DNA of 63,958 bases, counting the filler, from Vicugna vicugna (Eukaryota), in the NCBI GenBank assembly GCA_013265495.1. It is 78 parts of 76 records of this genome, joined end to end, with 100 filler letters (N's around TTAATTAATTAA, not from the genome) between each part and the next. Parts side by side here need not be neighbours in the genome. Positions count along the whole stretch, not along the records: positions 51,198 to 51,947 come from MU058746.1; positions 52,048 to 53,167 come from MU058747.1; positions 53,268 to 53,575 come from MU058749.1; positions 53,676 to 54,598 come from PNXW01005965.1; positions 54,699 to 55,120 come from MU058750.1; positions 55,221 to 55,836 come from MU058750.1; positions 55,937 to 56,898 come from MU058751.1; positions 56,999 to 57,476 come from MU058752.1; 70 more parts are not named here. The stretch is one strand, 5' to 3'. The notes beneath the pieces are model-generated. The model had not been told where the DNA came from, made no database searches, and was given only the letters and a program-made list of their open reading frames with translations. Positions within the stretch are counted from its first letter, which is position 1, and every line of letters begins with the position of its first letter. Shown here in pieces: positions 51,098 to 63,907 of the stretch. A program made the translations under genes and the position numbers.

Positions 51098-53267
51098 NNN
51101 NNNNNNNNNNNNNNNNNNNNNNNNNNNNNNNNNNNNNNNNNTTAATTAATTAANNNNNNNNNNNNNNNNNNNNNNNNNNNNNNNNNNNNNNNNNNNNACT
51201 TCTCTATGATGATAATAAACATTCCCCATGTAGGTTTACTGAAAGATTCAGCAAGAGAATATATGTAAATCCTTACTAGAATTTAATGTATTACTCAGAA
51301 CAGTGTCTTGCAAGTATAATATCCATCATTTTCAGAGTGTTTGCTATTTGCTAGGCAAGTAAGTGTTTGTTAGCTGTTTTATCATTATTTGTTTATTTAT
51401 TCAAACGAAAATGATGACACTGTGATTACTTGTCAATAACCACTGGCAGTAGTGTATTAAACAGTGTTAGAGCAGGCAAGCATTTAGATTGCAAGTGATA
51501 TAATATTAGGTCTTTCAGTGATGACAAATGCTTAGCTGAAGGTTTGTGATTATTAGTCATTTAATAGCTTTTCCTGTGCTTTGGTTCTAATTTACTTTAT
51601 CTTTTAAGAAAATAAAATACACAGGAAATTTCCCTTTAAAATAAAAATCCAACTTTTTATGAAATTGGGGGAAATTTTTAGATAATAGGTCAGTTGTCTT
51701 GCATTTAGTTGAACAAAGGCAATTTTGCTGTATAGGACCAGCATTTTGCTCCTCATTATGGTAAATAATTTGGCAATTTTGGGACATCTATCTCAACCAT
51801 TAATTTTACGGTTTCCACAAGAAAGCCAACATTATCAACTTTCATAATAAAGAGACCATACGGTAGAAAGTCTTAGTAATCTGTCCATTGTTTCAAATCA
51901 AACAGAGAGGCAGCGACTTTCATTCCAGTAAGATGGTTATACTCTTTNNNNNNNNNNNNNNNNNNNNNNNNNNNNNNNNNNNNNNNNNNNNTTAATTAAT
52001 TAANNNNNNNNNNNNNNNNNNNNNNNNNNNNNNNNNNNNNNNNNNNNAAAAGCAATCTTCAAATTGAATGAAATATTTCATTCAAAAACTATTTGCTCAA
52101 TATTAAATAGGAATTTATGTCTGTTATAAACACCAGCATTGATATCATGGATTTGTTCTTCCTTTTTTTGGTGTAGCGATGTCCTTCAAGCCACTTACTG
52201 GACACAATGTAAAATCAGAGTAATTGTATGTCCCATGTACTTTTTTTTGGCATTTTAGGGACTACTTCTAATCTAACTCTGAATATGCTGAACCGATTCA
52301 AGAAGAGCTCTCTTGGTGAGCTCTGTGGGATAGAGAGCAAATAGAAAACTGGAGTTATGGTTCTTTACCTCAGGTGAGTGTTCTTGTAGCATCAGCTGAA
52401 AACTATCTGAAGAATAGTTGNNNNNNNNNNNNNNNNNNNNNNNNNNNNNNNNNNNNNNNNNNNNNNNNNNNNNNNNNNNNNNNNNNNNNNNNNNNNNNNN
52501 NNNNNNNNNNNNNNNNNNNNNNNNNNNNNNNNNNNNNNNNNNNNNNNNNNNNNNNNNNNNNNNNNNNNNNNNNNNNNNNNNNNNNNNNNNNNNNNNNNNN
52601 NNNNNNNNNNNNNNNNNNNNNNNNNNNNNNNNNNNNNNNNNNNNNNNNNNNNNNNNNNNNNNNNNNNNNNNNNNNNNNNNNNNNNNNNNNNNNNNNNNNN
52701 NNNNNNNNNNNNNNNNNNNNNNNNNNNNNNNNNNNNNNNNNNNNNNNNNNNNNNNNNNNNNNNNNNNNNNNNNNNNNNNNNNNNNNNNNNNNNNNNNNNN
52801 NNNNNNNNNNNNNNNNNNNNNNNNNNNNNNNNNNNNNNNNNNNNNNNNNNNNNNNNNNNNNNNNNNNNNNNNNNNNNNNNNNNNNNNNNNNNNNNNNNNN
52901 NNNNNNNNNNNNNNNNNNNNNNNNNNNNNNNNNNNNNNNNNNNNNNGTTACCTTGATATAAAATTTGAAAATGAGAGAGATTTTATTTTTGTCATTTTCA
53001 TATGTGGAAGAAGTATTTACTTTAAAGTGATAATATTTGAAGAGGAAATAGAAAAAATACTCACTTCTCATGACAGAATGTAAACATTTACTCCATCTGG
53101 CTAGTTAGTACATGAGTGACTGTCAGTCCTGTGCTTTTGTTTGCTTGAAGTTTCATAATAACATTAANNNNNNNNNNNNNNNNNNNNNNNNNNNNNNNNN
53201 NNNNNNNNNNNTTAATTAATTAANNNNNNNNNNNNNNNNNNNNNNNNNNNNNNNNNNNNNNNNNNNN

Positions 53268-53575
53268 CCCAGGAGTGGGATTCCTGGGTCATATAGTAAG
53301 TCTATTTCTAGTGTTTTGAGGAATCTCCATACTGTTCTCCACAGTGGCTGCACCAAAGTGCATTCCCACCAGCAGTGTAGGAGGGTTCCCTTTTCTCCAC
53401 AGTCTCTCCAGCATTTGTCATTTGTGGCCTATTGAATGATGGTCATTCTTACTGGTGTGAGGTGATACCTCATTGTAGTTTTGATTTACATTGCTCTGAT
53501 AATTAGTGATATTGAGCATTTTCTCATGTGCCTATTGATCATTTGTATTTCTTCCTTGGAGAATTGCTTGTTTAG
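53268..53575 (-). mobile_element. LINE-1 ORF2 C-terminal fragment
   Basis: Reverse complement closely matches 33140-33445. Confidence 0.95.
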
Positions 53576-53675
53576 NNNNNNNNNNNNNNNNNNNNNNNNN
53601 NNNNNNNNNNNNNNNNNNNTTAATTAATTAANNNNNNNNNNNNNNNNNNNNNNNNNNNNNNNNNNNNNNNNNNNN

Positions 53676-54598
53676 ACTTCATACCGGCACTAGGAAACAG
53701 ACTGAGAAACCAGAATAAGTTTTCACCTGCAAACAGCTCCCTTTGTGCTGTATGAACGAACGTCTCTCCACATGCTCAAATCTGAAAGACAAGTGTGTGT
53801 AAAAGCCGTCCTTCACCTAGCTTGAAGGGAACACAAAGTTTCTATTCAGTTGCCAACCCCACTCCATACATATATACGGGAAAGTACAAGCCCCAACTCG
53901 GATTTACAGTGAAAAAGGCAGGCACTTCAAACCGGCACTAGGAAACAGACTGAGAACACAGAGTAAGTGTTTCTCCTGCAACCAGTTCCCTTTGTGCTGG
54001 ATGCACGAACGTCTCTCCACATGCTCAAATCTGAAAGACAAGTGTGTGTAAAAGCCGTCCTTCACCTAGCTTGAAGGGAACACAAAGTTTCTATTCAGTT
54101 GCCAACCCCACTCCATACATATATACGGGAAAGTACAAGCCCCAACTCGGATTTACAGTGAAAAAGGCAGGCACTTCAAACCGGCACTAGGAAACAGACT
54201 GAGAACACAGAGTAAGTGTTTCTCCTGCAACACGTTCCCTTTATGCTGCATGAACGAAAGTCTCTCCACATGCTCAGTTCTGAGAGATAAGTGTGTGTGA
54301 GCCGTCCTTCACCTAGCTTAAAGGGAACACAAAGTCTCTTTTCAGTTGCCAACTCCACTCCATACATATATATGGGGAGGTATAAGCCCCAACTCGGTTT
54401 TACAATGAAAACGGCAGGCAATTCAAACCGGCACTAGGAAACAGACTGAGAACACAGAGTAACTGTTTCTGCTGCAACCCGTTCCCTTTGTGCTGGATGA
54501 ACTAACGTCTCTCCACATGCTCAGATCCGAGAGACAAGCCGTCCTTCACCTGTCTTCAAGGGAATACAAAGTTTCTTTTCAGTTGCCAACTCCACTCC
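53676..54598. repeat. Satellite C, ~3.7 monomers
   Basis: AAAAGCCGTCC at 53801 and 54050 (period 249). Confidence 0.96.
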
Positions 54599-54698
54599 NN
54601 NNNNNNNNNNNNNNNNNNNNNNNNNNNNNNNNNNNNNNNNNNTTAATTAATTAANNNNNNNNNNNNNNNNNNNNNNNNNNNNNNNNNNNNNNNNNNNN

Positions 54699-55120
54699 GT
54701 CAAACACTTGTGCCCACGTCCTCATCAACAGACATGAATGAAAGAGAAATGAAAACCTATAAAAGGCCAATACCCTTGCAGAGTACACCGTCCAAAGTGC
54801 AAAGTCTCAGTTTGACAACTGGCCATCACGGTTCCCTGGGATTTATTCTTGGAGAACCTTAAAAACCACTCCTCTCTCCTCAAGAAGTGCTGCATATTTG
54901 NNNNNNNNNNNNNNNNNNNNNNNNNNNNNNNNNNNNNNNNNNNNNNNNNNNNNNNNNNNNNNNNNNNNNNNNNNNNNNNNNNNNNNNNNNNNNAGCCAAG
55001 TGAACTGTCCTCAGCTAAAAAGTTCACGCACCCTTCACTGTTTTCTTAATCTCTTCTCCTGGCTAATTGCAAAAGACTAACACCTCCCTCCACCAAGCTA
55101 ACCAACTATGTCATGTCATT
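54699..55120. repeat. Family F, copy 2
   Basis: Reverse complement of 44015-44544; overlaps 59322-59700. Confidence 0.88.
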
Positions 55121-55220
55121 NNNNNNNNNNNNNNNNNNNNNNNNNNNNNNNNNNNNNNNNNNNNTTAATTAATTAANNNNNNNNNNNNNNNNNNNNNNNN
55201 NNNNNNNNNNNNNNNNNNNN

Positions 55221-55400
55221 ACTGTGCACACGTTATCTCACTGGATCTCCACAACAGTCCTGGGAATTGGGTACATCACTGCTTCAATTGATTAGATAAA
55301 TTGTTTCACTTCCTTGAGTGCATCATCCAAAGTGACACGGCTGCTGAGCCACAAGCCTGGGCCTGAAAACCACTTGAAAATTGAACACTGCTACACCTCG
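55221..55400 (-). mobile_element. Degraded MIR SINE
   Basis: ttatctcactggatctccacaacagtcctggg...ccaaagtgacacggctgctgag. Confidence 0.55.
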
Positions 55401-55936
55401 CAGCCACCCTACTCTGACTCATCACATCTCCTGCCGAGCCTTCTAAATGTTTCCAAGCATTCTACAAGACAAAAGTGAACATTGAGAGCACCCCACTCCC
55501 CGACTGAAAATCTGTCAATGACGGTCCACTGCCCTTAGGAGAAAGCCCCACCGGGCCTGAGCACAGCCCAACGACTCAGCATCCGCGTTCCCTGCGCGGC
55601 CGCGCCGCCTCACCCACCACGCAGCTCTACCCGTGCCGTGTCCAGGACAGGGATGCTGACTCCGCACAACCCAGGGCTTGTCTCACTCGAACAATGAACA
55701 CCTTCTTCAGTGTTCATCTTCTCCACTGCTGACGCTCAGAAAAATGTTTTTTTAGGATGAATCAATATCTTTTTCCTTACAACTTCCTATCACTGATAAT
55801 GAGCCCCCACCAAAAGAGAGAAGACCTAATTCTCAGNNNNNNNNNNNNNNNNNNNNNNNNNNNNNNNNNNNNNNNNNNNNTTAATTAATTAANNNNNNNN
55901 NNNNNNNNNNNNNNNNNNNNNNNNNNNNNNNNNNNN

Positions 55937-56898
55937 GGAACTTCAAACCGGCACAAGGAAACAGTCTGAGAAACCAGAGTATGTGTTACTTCTGCAACCC
56001 GTTCCCTTGGTGCTGGATGAACGAACGACTCTCCACATGCTCAGTTCTGAGAGATAAGTGTGTGTGAAAGCCGTCCTTCACCTAGCTTGAAGGGAACACA
56101 AAGTTTCTTTTCAGTTNNNNNNNNNNNNNNNNNNNNNNNNNNNNNNNNNNNNNNNNNNNNNNNNNNNNNNNNNNNNNNNNNNNNNNNNNNNNNNNNNNNN
56201 NNNNNNNNNNNNNNNNNNNNNNNNNNNNNNNNNNNNNNNNNNNNNNNNNNNNNNNNNNNNNNNNNNNNNNNNNNNNNNNNNNNNNNNNNNNNNNNNNNNN
56301 NNNNNNNNNNNNNNNNNNNNNNNNNNNNNNNNNNNNNNNNNNNNNNNNNNNNNNNNNNNNNNNNNNNNNNNNNNNNNNNNNNNNNNNNNNNNNNNNNNNN
56401 NNNNNNNNNNNNNNNNNNNNNNNNNNNNNNNNNNNNNNNNNNNNNNNNNNNNNNNNNNNNNNNNNNNNNNNGGAAACAGACAACCAGAGTATGTGTTACT
56501 CCTGCAAACAGTTCCCTTGGTGCTGGATGAACGAACGTCTCTCCACATGCTCAGATCTGAGAGATAAGTGTGTATGAAAGCCGTCCTTCACGTAGCTAGA
56601 AGGGAACACAAAGTTTATTTTTAAGTAGCCAACTCCACTTCATACATATATATGGGGAGGTACAAGCTCCAAATCGGATTTACAGAGAAAACGGCAGGCA
56701 CTTCAAACCGGCACTAGGAAACAGACTGAGAAACCAGAGTAAGTGTTTGTCCTGCAACCCGTTCCATTGTGGCGGATGAACGATCGTCTCTCCACATGCT
56801 CAGTTCTGAGAGATAAGTGTGTGTGAAAGCCGTCCTTCACCTAGCTTGAAGGGAACACAAAGTTTCTTTTCAGTTGCCATCTCCACTCCACACCTATA
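55937..56898. repeat. Satellite C
   Basis: Tandem C monomers on both sides of the gap. Confidence 0.95.
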
Positions 56899-56998
56899 NN
56901 NNNNNNNNNNNNNNNNNNNNNNNNNNNNNNNNNNNNNNNNNNTTAATTAATTAANNNNNNNNNNNNNNNNNNNNNNNNNNNNNNNNNNNNNNNNNNNN

Positions 56999-57476
56999 AT
57001 CAGGGAAGAGAGGTTAAGGATTCTCTAGAACAATGGCACTGCTCTCAGTTGGAGGATTTCTCCCAATTCAGGATTCCAGAAGCCAGACTTGTGGGAGGGG
57101 GATTTCTGTATCCCCACTCCACGTAGATGGATGTGGGCACAGGTGTTCACCTTTAGGGAGAATTGATCTAAATACTTCCACAGTCCATCGGGGGCACTCG
57201 CTNNNNNNNNNNNNNNNNNNNNNNNNNNNNNNNNNNNNNNNNNNNNNNNNNNNNNNNNNNNNNNNNNNNNNNNNNNNNNNNNNNNNNNNNNNNNNNNNNN
57301 NNNNNNNNNGCCCAAACTCAGGATACCTGAACACGTCTTCGTGTGTGTGTTGGAAGTGGGGAAACTGAGTTCATGCATCTTTATGGGGCACAGATATTCC
57401 CAGGTAGATGATGTAGTTTTAACACCTTCAATTCTCAAAGAGAGGCACTAGCTATTACTTGGCTTTAGAGCCCATC
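56999..57476. repeat. Satellite B, opposite orientation
   Basis: 57090-57200 matches the monomer type at 5300-5400. Confidence 0.87.
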
Positions 57477-57576
57477 NNNNNNNNNNNNNNNNNNNNNNNN
57501 NNNNNNNNNNNNNNNNNNNNTTAATTAATTAANNNNNNNNNNNNNNNNNNNNNNNNNNNNNNNNNNNNNNNNNNNN

Positions 57577-58339
57577 TGTCTAAGTCTATATACGCCTTGT
57601 ACGGAGGATGAAAGGTCAGTATTCCAAATGCTCACAAGTCAGAAACTCATCATTGCCGAATCCGTCTTGCATGTAGCATGTACGGAACCCGGAATGCCAT
57701 GTTGTTGGAATTCATGTAAATTACGTATCTGTTAGGTGAAATCGCTCCAGAACTATTTATCTGTGAAAAAAGCACGAATTCGAAACTGATGTTAGGGAAA
57801 GCTTGTGAAAATACTCGTGTCTAGATGAAAATATTCCTTTTATAGAGGATGAAAGATTAGTAATCCACATGCTCTCTACTCAGGAATGCATGTTTGTCAA
57901 ATCTGTAATGTATGTAGCATGTAAGGAACACGGAATATCATGTAGATTGAATCTATTCAAATTACATATCCCTAGGTTAGAATTATGCCCAAGAGGATTT
58001 TTCTGGGATAAAAGATTGATTCTGGAACTGGTGATAGGAAGAAGCTACGAAGTCAAAGTAAATATTTCAGAGTGCATAGGTAACTTGTTTGGTGGTTGAA
58101 ACATCAGTCATGAGCATGTTCACAACTCAGAAATGCATGTTTGAGGAATCCGTGACGCATGAAACATCTTCGTATTACGGAATGCCATGGTTATGTAAAC
58201 AATGAAAATTACATGTGTTTTGGTGAGATTTCGCTCAAAGAGTGTTTTCTGGTGACAAATATCCGATTTTAGAACCTGGTGATAGTAAAAACTTTGAAGT
58301 CAGAGTAAATATTTCTTAGGGTATATACGCCTTGTTTGG
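57577..58339. repeat. Satellite D, one complete ~735-bp trimeric unit
   Basis: TATATACGCCTTGT at 57587 and 58322; AATC(C/T)GT subunit anchors at ~57659, ~57900, ~58147. Confidence 0.94.
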
Positions 58340-58439
58340 NNNNNNNNNNNNNNNNNNNNNNNNNNNNNNNNNNNNNNNNNNNNTTAATTAATTAANNNNN
58401 NNNNNNNNNNNNNNNNNNNNNNNNNNNNNNNNNNNNNNN

Positions 58440-59221
58440 ACAGAATTTAAAATATAGAATAAAGAACACTGAATATAGAATTTACAATATAGAATGTGGA
58501 ACTCAAAATATAGAATATAGAATACAGAATATAGACCCAGAACTTAGAATATGGAAAGCAGATCACAGAACTTAGAGTATAGAATACAGTATACTTAATA
58601 TAAAATTTACAATACAGAATGTTGAACACAGAGTATAGAATATAGAATACGGAATACTGAATATAGAATTTAGAATATAGAATGTGGAACACAGAATAGA
58701 GAATATAGAAGAGGGAATGCAGAATATAGTATTTAGAATATAGAATGAAGAACACAAATATAGAATATATAATAATGAATGTAGAACCCAAAACTTTAAA
58801 CACGGAAAGCAGAACACAGAATTTAGAATATAGAATACAGAATACNNNNNNNNNNNNNNNNNNNNNNNNNNNNNNNNNNNNNNNNNNNNNNNNNNNNNNN
58901 NNNNNNNNNNNNNNNNNNNNNNNNTAGAACACAGAATATAGAATATAGACTACGGAATGCAGAATATAGAATATAGAATAATGAGCACAAAATATAGAAT
59001 AGAGAATATAGAACCCAGAATTTAAAACATGGAATGCATAACGCAGAATTAAGAATATAGAATACAGAATACTACATATAGAATATGAATATACACTGTA
59101 GAACACAGAACTTAGAATATAGAATACATAACACTGTATATAGAATTAAGAATATACAGTGTAGATCACAGAATATAGAATATAGACTACGGAAAGCAGA
59201 ATATAGAATACAGAATATAGA
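58440..59221. repeat. Satellite E
   Basis: (AGAATAT)n-type heptamers. Confidence 0.94.
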
Positions 59222-59321
59222 NNNNNNNNNNNNNNNNNNNNNNNNNNNNNNNNNNNNNNNNNNNNTTAATTAATTAANNNNNNNNNNNNNNNNNNNNNNN
59301 NNNNNNNNNNNNNNNNNNNNN

Positions 59322-60070
59322 ACAACTGGCCATCCCGGTTCCCTGGGATTCATTCTTGGTGAACCTTAAAAGCCACTCCTCTGTCCTAAAGAAGTGCTGC
59401 CTACTTGTCCTATCTTTGGCTCAGGGATACAGCACGTTCACGTGGACTTTAATGTCTGCACAGATTTGACTGTTTTTCTCCAGGTTCACTTGTCCATTCT
59501 GAAGAGGCCTGAGTTAAGTCCATCTTCCATAAGATCAATTCCCTCCAGTGACAGCTCAACGAGCCTGCAATTACAAGCCAACTGAACAGGACTGTCCTCA
59601 GCTAAAAACATCACCCACCCTTCACTGCTTTCATAATCTCCTCTCCTGGCTAATTGCAACAGACCAACAACACCCTCCACCAAGTTCCCCAACTATGTCA
59701 AATAGAAAGTAAGGTCCATAAAAGAGGAGACAACTCCAAAGTCACCTCTGAATTCCTAGCATATAATAATGTCAATAAATAGAACTATGATTATTGCTTC
59801 TTTCCTTTAAAACCTTTCTGGTTATTTAAGTGANNNNNNNNNNNNNNNNNNNNNNNNNNNNNNNNNNNNNNNNNNNNNNNNNNNNNNNNNNNNNNNNNNN
59901 NNNNNNNNNNNNNNNNNNNNNNNNNNNNNNNNNNNNNNNNNNNNNNNNNNTTCTGCCAGGGTGGTCACTCTCATGCCATAACAGCTTTAAACTAACTCCT
60001 TACTTTGGATATGTTATTTTTCCCTGCTTCCAAAAAATTGACTTTCCTTACTTTCTTGCTTTGAGGAATG
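59322..60070. repeat. Family F, copy 3
   Basis: Reverse complement of 43618-44445; spans the region that is N in the other copies. Confidence 0.88.
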
Positions 60071-60170
60071 NNNNNNNNNNNNNNNNNNNNNNNNNNNNNN
60101 NNNNNNNNNNNNNNTTAATTAATTAANNNNNNNNNNNNNNNNNNNNNNNNNNNNNNNNNNNNNNNNNNNN

Positions 60171-61289
60171 TTCTTCTTTGCTACTCATGCTCTTCTTGCA
60201 TTTCCAATAAAGGTCCCTTCTTTCCACTTCACTTTGCTGATTTTTTATTCAGGGTAGATTTCTCAACCATTTTTGTAGGATAAGATTTGAACTGCTGAAT
60301 TCTTTTAAGATTTGCCGGTCTGTGGAATTCTCTAGTTTTGCCGTTATTAGAAATGGCGGTCATGTGTCATAGGCTACCCTAGATGGCAGCATTTTCCCAT
60401 TCAGGATGTGAATTATGTCCTGGCACTCCTCCCTGTCCTGCAATATTGCTGACGAGATATCAGCTGAAACCTCTCTGGAGGTTCCATTGTGACTATGTTG
60501 TTTCCTCCAGGTGCATTTTAAATCAATGGGATATTCGTGATGAATCATACCGCTGTTGGTAGGTCTATAGGGATTCCACCTCCTTTGGACGCTGTGTACT
60601 TCCTGAATTTGCATAGATGACTCTATCTTGGCTTTCAGCAAGTTTCAGTCTGATATTCCTACAGAAAAGTTCTCAGACATTTTTTGTTTCTTTATCTCTT
60701 GCTTTTCCATCTGGGACTCTAATGAATTCTAGTCTTTCATGCCCTGTATTAACCCAGGATTCAACACCAATGTTTTCATTGGTTTGCACTTGCTTTCCTA
60801 TGTCTGCTTCTGACCGAGGGATTTCTGTTCCCCTGTCTTCACAGTCATTCACGCGTCCCTCTGCATTATCTAGTCTGCTAAGGACTGAATTTTAGCCCTG
60901 ATATATTCACATCCATTGAGTTTTCTGATATAATTTGGCTCGTCTTCAGACATTATCTTCCCCCTTTTCTGGTAATATGCCTTTTGTGATTCTGAGACNN
61001 NNNNNNNNNNNNNNNNNNNNNNNNNNNNNNNNNNNNNNNNNNNNNNNNNNNNNNNNNNNNNNNNNNNNNNNNNNNNNNNNNNNNNNNNNNNNNNNNNNNN
61101 NNNNNNNNNNNNNNNNNNNNNNNNNNNNNNNNNNNNNNNNNNNNNNNNNNNNNNNNNNNNNNNNNNNNNNNNNNNNNNNNNNNNNNNNNNNNNNNNNNNN
61201 TGAAAATTTTAGACACTTGTCTCTACGCAATTCCAAGGCATTTGTGTGAGGACAATTTCTCCTAGACATTGATGCCATGTTCTGTTCCT
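60171..61289 (-). mobile_element. Heavily decayed LINE-1 ORF1 region
   Basis: MQIQEVHSV..R.NPYRPT and ADISSAILQDREECQDIIHILNGK resemble ORF1p IQEAQR..NP.RPT and ADFS.ETLQARREW.DIF.VL. Confidence 0.75.
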
Positions 61290-61389
61290 NNNNNNNNNNN
61301 NNNNNNNNNNNNNNNNNNNNNNNNNNNNNNNNNTTAATTAATTAANNNNNNNNNNNNNNNNNNNNNNNNNNNNNNNNNNNNNNNNNNNN

Positions 61390-62228
61390 GTGTTCCGTAC
61401 ATGCTACATACATGACCGAATAGACAAACATGCATTCCTGATTTGAGGGCATCTGTATAACTAATCTTTCATCCTCTATTAAAGGAATATTTTCATCTAG
61501 ACACGGGTACACATTTTCACAAGCTTTCCCTAACACCAGTTTCCAATCCGTGCTTTTTCACAGAAAAATACTTCATGAGCTATTTCCACCTAACAGATAT
61601 GTAATTTACATGAATTCCACCAACATGGCTTTCCGGGTTCTGTACATGCTACATGCATGACAGATACGAAAACATGAGTCTCTGAGTTGTAAGCATGTGG
61701 ATTGTTGAACTTTCATCCACCATACAAGGCAAATATACACTTAGAAATATTTACNNNNNNNNNNNNNNNNNNNNNNNNNNNNNNNNNNNNNNNNNNNNNN
61801 NNNNNNNNNNNNNNNNNNNNNNNNNNNNNNNNNNNNNNNNNNNNNNNNNNNNNNNNNNNNNNNNNNNNNNNNNNNNNNNNNNNNNNNNNNNNNNNNNNNN
61901 NNNNNNNNNNNNNNNNNNNNNNNNNNNNNNNNNNNNNNNNNNNNNNNNNNNNNNNNNNNNNNNNNNNNNNNNNNNNATGCACTCTGAAATATTTACTTTG
62001 ACTTTGTAGCTTCTTCCTATCACTAGTTTCAAGAATCACACTTTGATCCCACAAAAACCCTCTTGGAGCGAATTCTACCCTAGAGATTTGTAATTTGAAT
62101 AGATTCCATCTGAATGATATTCCATGTTCCGTACATGCTACATACATGATCGAATTGACAAACATGCATTTCTGAGTTGAGGACATCTGGATAACTAATC
62201 TTTCATCCTCTATAAAAGGAATATTTTC
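61390..62228. repeat. Satellite D, reverse orientation
   Basis: TGTTCCGTACATGCTACATACATGA at 61391 and 62125 (734 bp, across a sized gap). Confidence 0.93.
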
Positions 62229-62328
62229 NNNNNNNNNNNNNNNNNNNNNNNNNNNNNNNNNNNNNNNNNNNNTTAATTAATTAANNNNNNNNNNNNNNNN
62301 NNNNNNNNNNNNNNNNNNNNNNNNNNNN

Positions 62329-63168
62329 TTCTTCCCTTTCCCCACTGGAAACCAATTCTTGGTACAGTACACACATACATGTGATTCTTTTTCTGTTTTT
62401 TTATGATTATTTCTCTTATATCTTTATTTTCCTCATTTAAGTGACAATATAGAGTGTTTTTCTCTGTATGACTTATTTTCCTATGTGCAACACTCTCTGG
62501 GTCCAGTCATATTGTTCCAAATGGCAGAATTTTATTTTTTAATATACAATGACTAAGTATTTATTATGTTATCTATATCTCACATCTATTTCAGCCAATC
62601 ATCTGTTGATGGGCAGTTGAGTTGAGCTTCTATCCTTGGCTACTATAAATGATGATGTTAAGAACATTGGGATAATATAGATAATATATTCTTTAAGTTA
62701 ATCTTTACTTTTTTTTCAGATTTATACCAAAAACTGGAATTGCTGCAACATATAATACTTCTATTTCTAGTTTTCTGGGCACTGTCCACACTTTTATAAT
62801 AGTGGGTACATCAATTTATGTTTCCCCCAATAGTGTATGTGGGATCCCACTTATCGACATTTTTATTAATGTTTTCATTTGTAGACTTTTTGTTAATAGC
62901 CATTTTGGTTGCTGTAAGATTATATTTCATTCTGGTATTGTTATATGTTTTCCTAATGAATAGCAAAGTTATGTTTCTTTTTATGTGCATGAAAATCATA
63001 CACATGTCATTTTTCAAAAGTTTCCATGAAGATTCTTCAACTGTTTTTAATTTGAGGTCTTTAATTTTTAAATATTGAGTCTAATATTCTATATATATAT
63101 ATTATGGATATTAACATCTTGTAGGTCACATTGTCTGAAATTTTTCCTTCTATTCTGTCTGTTATCAT
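62329..63168 (-). mobile_element. Decayed LINE-1 ORF2 end / 3' UTR; paralogue of 7799-8530
   Basis: Colinear with 7890-8530 over ~630 bp. Confidence 0.82.
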
Positions 63169-63694
63169 NNNNNNNNNNNNNNNNNNNNNNNNNNNNNNNN
63201 NNNNNNNNNNNNTTAATTAATTAANNNNNNNNNNNNNNNNNNNNNNNNNNNNNNNNNNNNNNNNNNNNGCATCATAGATAAGCTGCTAAACTCAAAATCA
63301 AGGAGAAATTTTTGTACCCAGAGGAGGAGAAAACACATCATTTTCAAACGAACAATCATAAAACTCATGGAAAAGTTTTAGTCTATTTTATATACAGTAG
63401 TTACTATTTGCATATCTCACACTTCTGTTCTTTAAGCCACCCAGTTTGCAGTGCTTTTTCTGGCAGCCCTAACAAAGTTGTAGAGACACTGAAAATTGTC
63501 CTGCACTGTTTGAAGTGAGCTAGACCTTGGTGCTGCAGAAACAGCTCCACTTACATGAACTAATAAGTATGTGGGAAGAGGAGGCTGACAAGATCCAAAG
63601 TCTAGGTGTAGAGCCTCAGCTGAGAGAGGCAGTCCAGACACGTTCTTTCAGGCTCATCCAGCTTCTCCATTTCTCATTCACTCTCACCTTCTCA

Positions 63695-63807
63695 GAGTTC
63701 TGCTTGCTTGCTTTGTTTGCTTGCTCACTTTTTTTCTCTCTCTCCCTTCCTTCTCTTCTTCCTCTCTCTCTTCCTTCCTTCTCGTTCTCCTTTTTTTTTT
63801 TTTTTTT
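63695..63807. repeat. Pyrimidine-rich low-complexity tract ending in poly-T
   Basis: Directly visible. Confidence 0.85.
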
Positions 63808-63907
63808 NNNNNNNNNNNNNNNNNNNNNNNNNNNNNNNNNNNNNNNNNNNNTTAATTAATTAANNNNNNNNNNNNNNNNNNNNNNNNNNNNNNNNNNNNN
63901 NNNNNNN

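Noticed and set aside
57869..58099. Recurrent MLSTQECMFVKS... ORF (also 38535-39541, 61713-62186)
   Set aside because: Satellite D translation; no sign of coding constraint.
474..63863. Regularly recurring TTAATTAATTAA as a CRISPR-like repeat or binding-site array
   Set aside because: Always embedded in fixed N runs; it is an assembly linker, and there are no cas genes.
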